From Candidatus Hadarchaeota archaeon (GTDB lineage Archaea; CAYQAE01; CAYVLA01), in the NCBI GenBank assembly GCA_964621445.1, contig CAZUNO010000007.1, positions 63,045-127,044 of the forward strand: a DNA stretch of 64,000 nucleotides, in the 5' to 3' direction. The notes beneath the pieces are model-generated. The model had not been told where the DNA came from. It ran no database searches and was given only the letters and a program-made list of their open reading frames with translations. The position numbers and the translations under genes were made by a program. Numbering within the stretch: position 1 is the first letter of the stretch; each line of letters begins with the position of its first letter. Below, piece by piece: positions 1 to 9,800 of the stretch.

Positions 1-744
1 TAGGACCTCCGGGTGGGTATTGCATCCTCCACCTATGCAACCACCAGCCCCCAGAATTAGGGAGGGCAGGAAAGCCCCTTCATGCCCGGATACCATGGTG
101 AAGTCCCGTCCCAGAGTAGCGTTACACAAGGCACCGAAATACTTCATATCCGAGGTGGAGTACTTCATTCCCTTTAGATTCTCGAGACCTGCAAGCCTGT
201 TTAGGAGTGAGGGTGTCATTGAATGAGGAGGCTTAACTCCTGGCGGCTGATATATGACGATTGGGATGTCTATTGCTCGATCGACCTGCTTGTAGAGGTC
301 GTAGATTTTTTCGGCCATGTTTCTGGCGGGACTCAGCCCCAGTGGCAGCACCACAACGCCATCCACTCCCTGCTTTTCCGCGTACTTGCTGAACTCCAGG
401 GTCTCCTCTATGTACTTGCCGTCGTCGGGACGTTTATCCCTCTCCCCGCTGGGGAAGGTGCCCGAGGTCCCCGAGATGACGTACATGTCCCCTCTGGACT
501 GTTCCACAACCAGGTCGATCATGGTCTGGACCTCTTCATAGCTATAGGTGAACATCTGGCCGGTCCCGGACCTAACGAAGATGGTGTTTACCGCGCCGGT
601 GTCCCTGTACCAATCCACCAGCGAGCGGTTCCCTCCAAGGTCTAGGGACAGATCCTCGTTCAACGCGGTTAGCATAGGCGTTATTACCCCGGTCAGGAAT
701 TCCGGCATTTCCTTCTCGGTTATGGGATGTGTGAGGTACTCCAT
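1..744 (-). CDS. Dihydrodipicolinate synthase (DapA/NanA/KDG aldolase) family protein, 3' end runs off the window
   Basis: Manual translation from ATG at 744 (not in ORF track): MEYLTHP...GVITPMLTALNEDLSLD...SGTGQMF...IPIVIYQPPG...LKGMKYS (Schiff-base Lys)...LGAGGCIGGGCN; frame stays open to base 1. Confidence 0.85.
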   Translation of the reverse strand, partial: MEYLTHPITEKEMPEFLTGVITPMLTALNEDLSLDLGGNRSLVDWYRDTGAVNTIFVRSGTGQMFTYSYEEVQTMIDLVVEQSRGDMYVISGTSGTFPSGERDKRPDDGKYIEETLEFSKYAEKQGVDGVVVLPLGLSPARNMAEKIYDLYKQVDRAIDIPIVIYQPPGVKPPHSMTPSLLNRLAGLENLKGMKYSTSDMKYFGALCNATLGRDFTMVSGHEGAFLPSLILGAGGCIGGGCNTHPEVL

Positions 745-858
745 GTTCTCGACTCCGAATCCGGTGTAAATAAATGTCGGCCACACCTGGAGGTTTTTTG
801 GCACTCAACGGATCGCATTTAAAACGATCGTGTCGCGGTGAACACAGGAGAAGTTCCA

Positions 859-1935
859 ATGAAGATGCGGGAAAGAGTAATGGAAGCCCTTACCTGGGGT
901 GACCCCGATTATGTTCCCTGGATACCCAAGAGGAACCACACGCCGCGCGATTCCAAATCAATTGATCGATTATTGGAAATTGGAATGGGCCGGTCCTACC
1001 CCGTTTCGGTTACCAAAGTTTCACGTCCAAACGTAGAGACCGAGACCAAGATCAATGGAGACTACAAGAAGACGATCTATAGGACCCCGGTGGGGGAGAT
1101 ATTCGAAAAAAGGAGAATAAACCTGCCCACCGATGAGGGAGAAAGGGGCGATTCCTGGATAGTAGATCCGGTGATCAAAGGACCCGATGACTACAAGGTG
1201 CTGGAGTTCATGACCGAGGACGAGGTTGTGGAGCCAAGCTACGAAGGTTTGGAGGAGAAAAAGGAGGAAGTCTCCGATCATGGCGTGCTTCAGACGGGAA
1301 CGGGATACACGCCCTTCATGCAGCTAGTGGTAAGATACATGGGCTTCAAGAGGGTAGTGATCGAGCTTAGGCGACGCAGAGAGATGGTTGAGGGCCTGAT
1401 GGAGCTCATGGGGGAGGTTATGAGGAAGCGGGTTGAGGTCGTGGCCGACTCACCGGTGAGAATTGTAAAAATAGGCGACAATATAGACGGCCTGATGATC
1501 AATCCCAGGCTTTATGAGAGCTACTGCATTCCTTACCATCAGGAGTTCTCCGACATGCTTCATGGAGGCGGCAAGATAGCCATGTCCCATATGGATGGTA
1601 GGCTGAAAATCATAAAGGATTTGATTCCAGAAACCGGGCTGGATGTCGTACAGGCCTTCACCCCTCCTCCAATGGGAGACCTAAGCATCGCGGAGGCCCG
1701 CCAGAGCTGGGGTCAGGACCTGGCGATTTGGGCGAATATTCCCGAGGTTATCTTCTACAAAAAGGATCCAGATATAGAGGAATACATTCACGGGCTCTTG
1801 AAGGAGGCCGCTCCCGGCAGGGGTCTGGTATTCGGAATTACGGAGACCGTGCCCCCTAAGGAGAGGGACAGGGGGCTAGAAGCGATAACCAGGGCCGTAA
1901 TGAAGTATGGAAAGTTACCCGTTCAGGGAGGATGA
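859..1935 (+). CDS. Uroporphyrinogen decarboxylase / MtaA-CmuA methyltransferase-like TIM-barrel protein
   Basis: N-terminal RERV..AL.....DYVP, GDNIDG, SHMDG, FTPPPMGD and C-terminal GITETVP motifs typical of the URO-D/cobalamin methyltransferase-like family; ATG 859 preferred over GTG 838. Confidence 0.75.
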   Translation: MKMRERVMEALTWGDPDYVPWIPKRNHTPRDSKSIDRLLEIGMGRSYPVSVTKVSRPNVETETKINGDYKKTIYRTPVGEIFEKRRINLPTDEGERGDSWIVDPVIKGPDDYKVLEFMTEDEVVEPSYEGLEEKKEEVSDHGVLQTGTGYTPFMQLVVRYMGFKRVVIELRRRREMVEGLMELMGEVMRKRVEVVADSPVRIVKIGDNIDGLMINPRLYESYCIPYHQEFSDMLHGGGKIAMSHMDGRLKIIKDLIPETGLDVVQAFTPPPMGDLSIAEARQSWGQDLAIWANIPEVIFYKKDPDIEEYIHGLLKEAAPGRGLVFGITETVPPKERDRGLEAITRAVMKYGKLPVQGG

Positions 1936-1939
1936 TGTT

Positions 1940-2425
1940 TTGGTTTCTGTGAGAATAAATCTTGGAGGAGGGCGCTATTTCTCTGCGGCGAAGGATATCT
2001 GGGAGGCCGATCGAGCCTATATCGGGGGGCTTTGGGGTTGCCTGGACATGGCCACCACGGACGTACTAACCACCTCCGATGATATTGGGGGAACCGATGA
2101 TATGGCACTCTACCAGACGATCCGGGTCGGTGAGGAGTTTAGATATAGATTCGATATGGACCCCGGTAGTTACAGAGTGGGGATCCTGTTTGCCGAGATA
2201 TTCTGGGAATCCAGCGATGCTGAGGCTGAAGATGTCTACATAAATGGCCAGAAATTCATCGAGAATTACAATATTTACGATGAGGCCGGGCACGATGTGG
2301 CGGTTAAGAAGGAGTTTGAGGTAAGTAGCGATGATGGAGTGCTTGAGGTAAGGTTCGTTGGAAAGTCCATTCCCATGCACTCGGGTGCCAGAGCGTGTGG
2401 GATCGAGGTAGTATCCTTAGATTAG
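1940..2425 (+). CDS. Stand-alone malectin-domain (carbohydrate-binding) protein
   Basis: RINLGG..Y, W.ADR.Y.GG, DDMALYQTIR, F.Y.F...PGSY.V...FAEIFW, DVYING, IY.EAG, GIEV match the malectin pattern; TTG start at 1940 follows a GGAGG; no signal peptide. Confidence 0.8.
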   Translation: MVSVRINLGGGRYFSAAKDIWEADRAYIGGLWGCLDMATTDVLTTSDDIGGTDDMALYQTIRVGEEFRYRFDMDPGSYRVGILFAEIFWESSDAEAEDVYINGQKFIENYNIYDEAGHDVAVKKEFEVSSDDGVLEVRFVGKSIPMHSGARACGIEVVSLD

Positions 2426-2436
2426 GTGGTGTGCAG

Positions 2437-3654
2437 TTGAAGGGACCTTTCAACGTGATAATGATATCTTTTGACACCATGAGACGTGATCACCTCGGGT
2501 GCTACGGCTATGAAAAGCCTCTGGCCCCATATCTGGATAGGCTGGCAGACGAAGGGGTTGTTTTTGAGGATTGTATCGCTAACTGTGGATGGACCCTTCC
2601 CCAACATGTAACCATGGTGACCGGGCTTCACCCCATAAGACACGGGGTCATATATCTGAAGGAAATGAGACAAATTCCCCAGAATATAGGCCTGTTGGCC
2701 GAGGTATTCCGGAAAGCTGGTTATGTTACCCTCGGTTTCTGCAACCAGAACCATTACGGTGGAGACTGGTCATATGGCTTTCATAGAGGTATGAACTCAT
2801 TCACAAATGCATTTCCGTACAATAACATGATGGAGAACCTCTACGAACACGTAAATGCCTATTTTGAAATGTTGAAGGACAAGCCCTTCTTTATTTACAT
2901 TCACACCAACGATACCCACGAGCACTTCGCTGCCAGCGAGCCCTTCGGGTCCAAATGGGGAACGGAGTATCATAACCGATATGAGGGAGAGATCTCCTAT
3001 GTAGACCATTATTTCGGGAAGATCCTCGAAAAACTGGACGAAGAGGGGCTATCGGAAACCACCTTGGTCGTGGCCACATCCGATCACGGGTCGGAGTTCA
3101 AGGAACACGGGTTCATGGAGAAGAAACTGAATCTATACGACGAGATAGTGAGGGTACCACTGCTAATGAGATTGCCTGGAGTACTTCCCGAGGGGGAGCG
3201 GGTTGGAGGACAGGTTGAAACCATGGATATAGCTCCCACCATTATGAAACTCTGCTCCCTGGAGCAGTCCTCGGGACTCGATGGGAGGCAGCTGGTTGAG
3301 CAGATTAATGATGACGACAGCGGACGCGAATACGTTTTCTCCCACACTCTCCACGAGACGATGTACTGGTATGAGCACTGGTCGGTAAGGACACCCGAGT
3401 TTAAGATGATCCGAACATGTAGATTGCCGAAGCCCGATGAAGAGGAGAATCTAATTGAGGATCGTTTCCAACGGCTAGAGAAAATATCCCACGGGGAAGG
3501 TAAATCAATGATAGAGCTCTATGATCTGGCCAGTGACCCAGAGGAGAGCGAGAATATAGCTAAAGAGCAGGGGGACTTGGTGGAGGATCTGAACTCTAGG
3601 CTAAAAGAATGGATAAAAACCTGTGGGTATGATCCAGCCGGGGGTTTACCCTAA
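2437..3654 (+). CDS. Sulfatase-like hydrolase/transferase (alkaline phosphatase superfamily) with Thr at the nucleophile position
   Basis: NVIMISFDTMRRDHLG, WTLPQH..M.TG in place of C/SxPxR, DTHE, TSDHG, LYDE..RVPL, ELYDL..DP.E..N; start placed after AGGTGGT. Confidence 0.85.
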   Translation: MKGPFNVIMISFDTMRRDHLGCYGYEKPLAPYLDRLADEGVVFEDCIANCGWTLPQHVTMVTGLHPIRHGVIYLKEMRQIPQNIGLLAEVFRKAGYVTLGFCNQNHYGGDWSYGFHRGMNSFTNAFPYNNMMENLYEHVNAYFEMLKDKPFFIYIHTNDTHEHFAASEPFGSKWGTEYHNRYEGEISYVDHYFGKILEKLDEEGLSETTLVVATSDHGSEFKEHGFMEKKLNLYDEIVRVPLLMRLPGVLPEGERVGGQVETMDIAPTIMKLCSLEQSSGLDGRQLVEQINDDDSGREYVFSHTLHETMYWYEHWSVRTPEFKMIRTCRLPKPDEEENLIEDRFQRLEKISHGEGKSMIELYDLASDPEESENIAKEQGDLVEDLNSRLKEWIKTCGYDPAGGLP

Positions 3655-3856
3655 TCCACCTCGGAACCACTCTATTATGATTTATTCACCCTTTTTCCTC
3701 TAGGATAGGGAAGTCATTTTGAGTTAAAGGAGTAACCGATCTTCATTGGAAGGAGTGTATTCCAAGGAGAGACGCGCACGGGAAAAGATCCATTCCCCAC
3801 TCTGAATTGGAGTTCTGTAAAAATTGACGAGGTATCGATGGGCGGAGGCCCTTTAC

Positions 3857-6800
3857 ATGCGCATGAATCCCGCTTTCGTGCTGCTCATGGTATTCGTAGC
3901 GTCCTCTCCGATGGTAATGGGTAATGACTTACATCCCGGTGATATAGGTCATGTTAAGCTTCTCCAATGGGCACAACCCCCACTTACCAATTCACCAATG
4001 GAAACCGGCATTTCCTTTTCCGTTAACGAGTTCGGAGAATATTACTCCAGCGGAGGAGGCTCAACCGTAATTGTTTTTGTCAACTCCTCATTATTGCCTG
4101 CTCTGGAAGAGGAGTTGCGGGTTTACGCCCTGACTCTTACCGCTTTGGGATACGATTCCGTCCTGCTCAACGTTTCCGGCGGGCAAGCTGAGGATATCAA
4201 ACAAATCGCTATTGACTATTCAGCCGAAGGATATGATCTCGCCGGGCTGGTTTTGGTCGGGGACCTTCCTGCTGCCTGGTTTTACCACCCATTTGATATC
4301 GGCGGCATGCCGGCCCAGTTTCCCTGCGACCTCTTTCTCATGGATTTGGATGGGCTTTGGCAGGATACGGATGATGATGGTCTCTATGATAGCCACGGCC
4401 CTGGTAATGGAGACGTGGCCCCCGAGGTATTCGTGGGTAGAATAGATGCCTCGAAAGTCCCCGGCGACCAGGAGGCACTGTTGGCGGACTACTTGGAAAA
4501 GGTTCACAGATACTGGGTGGGGGAGATAGACTCCACCGGCAAGGGGCTCACCTATACCGATGAGAGGTGGAAGGACAGCAACGACATCAAATTCAGCCTT
4601 GGTTACGCCTATGACAATTATGAAGCGTTTTGGTACCCATCAGTGAACAGGGATGATTACGTCAATGATCGTCTTCCTGATGATTCATACGATTTTATCC
4701 AGCTTGCATGTCACTCATCATCCGTTGACCACTCCTTTTCCATTGGGGGTAGCGTCACAAATAGCGATGTTCGTTCAGCTCCACCCAGGGCCATATTCTA
4801 CAATTTATTTGCCTGTGGGGCTCTACGGTTCACCGACTACAACTGCATTGGCAACTCCTACATAATGGGCACAGATACCGATTCGCTTGCCGTCCTGGGA
4901 AGCACCAAGAGCGGGTCCATGCTTAATATGGAGGATTTCTACACACAAATCGGGGCCGGAAAGTCCTTTGGTGCAGCGCTGAAGAAATGGTTTGAGAATC
5001 AAGCTCCATTTGACGAGATGGAGGTTACCTGGTTCTATGGTATGACAATACTGGGAGATCCGACGCTCACACCAATAGAACCACCTAATCTGGCTCCCGT
5101 TATCATCTCAGAGCCAGGAGAGATTGCTGCCAGGAATTTCATGTACAGATATGATGTAAACGTCTCTAACATCGATGATGACCCGCTCAATTTCAGTCTC
5201 CTGATCTCTCCTCCTGGCATGACCATCAACCCCGACACGGGTCTAATATCCTGGACGCCAAATGGAACCCATCTGGACAGCTACCAGGTCGAGCTTTGTG
5301 TGATGGATGACCGGGGTGGCCTTGATGTCCAGAGATTCAATCTTAGCGTGGTTTCACCCCCGGAGGACTATCAGATGCAGGAGTATGCCTGGGTCAAGGA
5401 GGAAGATCAGCCCGTTGAGACCTGGGGTCAGTACAACAACACGGGCTGTGGAGTTCTTAATCTGACCTACCGGCTGGAGAAGGTGAGCTTGGCCTACGTG
5501 GTGAGAAGTGACTCCTCGAACATAACGGCGACTTTTCTCACCTATCATAATTCAAGCCACTCCGGTCAGGGTACGGGATTTAATCAGAGCGGCCATCTAT
5601 TTCCAGAGGCCCATCCCAACTGGTCCACAACCCTATGCCCGTCAGGCACAAGAACCATTGGGGACCACACCTACCAAATTTTCATCACCGATTTCGACCC
5701 CGAAGGCGCCCCCGGTATTTGGCAGATTCGAATTAACGAGACCGGTCCCGGCCACGGGTCTTCCTGGGATGACCCGGCAGGTAACCCAAACGTACAGTGG
5801 ATGTTCTTCCGGGTTCCCATTTTGACCGGAGCCTTGCGGGAGGTAAGGGATGAATATGGCAGGGTCGATCCATTTCACATCGACGGGGAATTACCCTCCA
5901 CCCGGCTCAATGCAACCATGGTTCTCGATCCACCGGGAAATACGACGGGAACCAACCTGGCAGTTGTGAAATGGATCGACCCCGGTGGTAATACCATAAT
6001 GAATAGGTCCCGCCCAATCAGCTACCGGAGAGATTCTGGATGGATAACACGGGATATCGTGGATTTGAATGCGTCGAGCTTTCCGCCAAATGCCACGAAT
6101 CCCTATACGGTTGAGATCCGGATGGGATCCTACCTGGGGGTCCAATATTTCCATGTGTTCTCTTTTTACCAGGAGGTTTGGATCAATACTACCATCGATG
6201 TCCAGACTGCTGAGGGTCAGTGGTTCGATCCAAGCGGTTTTGAGGTTAATTTCACAGCCATTATGGATACCAGCATTGCAGAGAATCCATACCAGAACCT
6301 GAATAACCTGTCAATACAGATGTGGAGAGGAGGCAAGTTCCTGAGAACCCTGGCAAATGTAAGCTGGAACATAACCGGCTACGAACCCCTCCCGAACGGT
6401 GCCCAGCGGTATTCATGGACGGGGAGCATACCTTCCCAGATCATAGATAATGAAGCAGGATTCTTGCCCGAATATTTTGGCACATTTCACGTGAGAACCG
6501 TTTCCCGTTCAGGACTCTTCCCGGGTGCGGAGGAATGTCAGACCTTCTACATAGATGACCCCGTAGAGGGATATACCTCCCTGCATCAGGCTTCCTCAAT
6601 TCCCCGTGATGTATTTGAGAGGAATCCCGGGAAGATCTGGGCGAATTTCGAATTCGACCCCATATTCCTCAGGAGACGACAGAACCCCAATGACCAGTAT
6701 CAGAATAGCCAGGTGAATATAACCTGGTTCTACCCGAATGGTACGGCTATCGAACCACCGGGATTGAATCAGACCTCCATGACTATGGACGGTTCCTGGC

Positions 6801-9800
6801 CATCCGGTCAGATGTGGTCATGCGGCTCCCTGAACATGGACCGTCACTTGCCCCTCGGAAGATACAGGGCAGTGGCCGAGGCATTTACCGATACTGGATA
6901 CGGGGTGGAGGAAATTGTAAGCTTCCAGATCGTGGAGTCATCATCCGAACTGGATGCCGAGTGGTCCTTCAATACCAGTGATATATTCGAAAACAGGACA
7001 TTTGGCTCCGGACATCAAGGTTGCCAGACGATTTGGGATATCGACGGCGACGGAGCGAATGAGGTGGTATTTGGTACCCAGAGGGGGGACAGCGAGAGGA
7101 TGTGGTGCGTGGACCAGTTCGGCAACTTTGAGTGGATCTACCCGCCTTTAGCCGAAAACGGCCTTCCGGGTTCCACGAGCAAGGTCTCTCTGGTGGATGT
7201 AGAGGGCGATTTGATGCCCGAGCTGTGTTTTGTGGATGGAGGGACCAGCCTCCATGTGCTGAGTGGTCACGGTACATCGATCTGGACTTGGGATAATCCC
7301 CGGGGAGCGTACCTGAGTGGTGCTCCCCAGGCATACGATGTGGACGGAGACGGTTTAGTGGAGTTTTTCATGAACGATGATCATGGTTACATCCACCGCG
7401 TCAGCCATGAGGGGGTACTGGTATGGACTTCCTTCCAGTGCGGAGGTCCCAATGGGTTTCATCCAACCATTGCTGATATCGATTCGGATGATGAAATGGA
7501 GATAATTTGGATTAGTCACGATCATAATCTTTACGTGGCAGAGTCAGGTAACGGCACCGAGGAATGGAGATTTAATGCCGGCTCCACTCCACATTCGAGC
7601 CCGGTGGTGGCGGATGTCGATGGCGATGATGAGTACGAAGCCGTGGTATGCACCGGTCCACCATCAGCCTCAGTTATTATCGTGAATTCCAATGGAACGG
7701 AGGCCTCGAGGTGGACCGAACCCGGGGGAAAAGATATTGGAATGGCCCAGCCAATAGGCGATTTAGATTACGATGGTCACCTGGACATGGCGCTGATGTC
7801 GGGGTCTAACATCTACGTGATAGACCTGGTCACCATGAACACCAAGTGGGAGAAGAACGTCACCCAGTGGACCCAGGATAAAATCATCCCCAAAGGAGCG
7901 ATGGAGGGCCAGGAAACCGATTACCTGCTTATCGTGGATTTCGATGGGGACGGCAACCTGGAGATATTGATGTTAGTGCCCTTCCCCTTGGTGGTAGACG
8001 CCATCAGTGGAAATCTGGAGGCGTACTACTGGAATGAACACCTGGCCCTCAACTGTACCCAGGAGAACGGTGGCTGGTGGGGCGACGTTGACCAGGACGG
8101 CGAGTCGGAGTGGGTGGTGGAATTAAAGGGAAAGACCCTTTCTGAGACCCAGTTGTACTGCCTGACTGCGGGCGGGCAGTATCCTACAAAATCATCTTGG
8201 CCTGAGCGCGATCATTCTGCTCTGAGTGCGGTAAAACAGAGGGAAATGGCACTCTCCCTAGTCAGCGCGTACTCAAATTCCTTGTGGTTCCCGATTACCC
8301 AAAGGTTGTCCTGCTTACCTCTTTCTCCCATAGATGGGGCTACCGGAGCGGTAAACCCGGTCAAGATGGTGGCAAGAACTGGACCTCCCCACGAAAACGT
8401 GACGTTGGAATTCATGGTGGATGGGGTTTTGAGGGATCAAGCAGTCACAAATGCAACGGGCCACGCGACAGTGGCGATAAATGCCTCCCTAGGCCTCCAC
8501 GAGTGGACCGTAATATCCCGCAAACCTGGTTGGGAACCCGGTATTTCCTCCATCTGGAACTTCTCTATCGCCGCTCCGGAGCTAACAACCGAGAGGGAGA
8601 GGAAATATGGCCTGGAAACCGGGCTTGGCGAATTGACCTACGGTCACCAGCGGGTATGCGATATTGACCAGGACGATGGATTAGAGGTCGTAATTCCAGT
8701 TAATGGGAACTTTGGGCGGATATTATGCGTTGAGGGTGATTCCGGTAATATAAGATGGATCTATCCCCCATTGGGACAAGACGGAATACCGGGCAATATT
8801 AGCGGTGTTCCCTGCATAGGTGATATGGATGGTGATGGCAAAGACGAGATCATTTTCACCGCCGTTAACAACTCCGGAGGTAACCTGTATAGTATTAATG
8901 CCGGGAACGGCTCTCTCAGATGGGTAGGTCCTGGCAGCGCCCAGGGGACCCCCTGTCTCCATGATTTCACCGGTAACGGGAAGGCAGATGTTGTTTGTGC
9001 CGGTCAGCTTTCGATGAACGTTTTTGACCAAGCCGGCCAGCGTATTTGGTCATTTGATACAAAAAACAAGCCGTTGGGAGTGCCAAATGCCTTCGATATT
9101 GATGAGGACGGAATTATTGAGATATTATGGGGCGATGATCAGGGAAACCTGATATGTGCGGGCTCGGATGGCAATGAAAGATGGAGATTCCCATTCGGTA
9201 GCTGTATGGTCCACCAGCCAATCGTGGCTGACTTTAATCAGGACGGCGAATACCAGGTCCTGGTTCACAGCAATGATAGATATCTCTATTTACTGAGTGC
9301 TCACGGGTCCGAGATCTGGAGGTCCACTCTCGGTGAACACCTGTGGGGGGTTATAAACGGGACGGGAATTCACGGAGGGGGCATAGCGACCGGTGACATA
9401 GACCTGGATGGATATCTGGAAATCGTTACCGTGGATCTGGCCGGAAATGTGTACGCCATTAATCATGATGGTAGCCTTCTATGGAGGAGCAGAGTGTCAG
9501 GTATTACCGGGGGAAGCATTCTAATTGGGGATATGACCGGGGATGGGAGGCCGGACATCATCTTGGGATGGGGATGTAACTGCGACGGTCTCCAGTCCGG
9601 GTCCGGCGCCGTGTTATCGGGATACAGCGGGGAGATTCAGTATTTCTATCCTCGAGGATTAGGCGGTTTTGAGCCTTCAGCGGGGGACCTGGATGGGGAC
9701 GGGGAGGTCGAGATTGCTGGGTCCGGGAGAGATGGCCCTTTTGCCACCCTAACCGCCAGTGCCCCGTACAAGGGCGGGCATTGGCCATGGCCCTTTAAGT

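Noticed and set aside
223-645. 140-aa plus-strand ORF and neighbouring short ORFs
   Set aside because: Antisense shadows of the minus-strand DapA-family gene (1-744)
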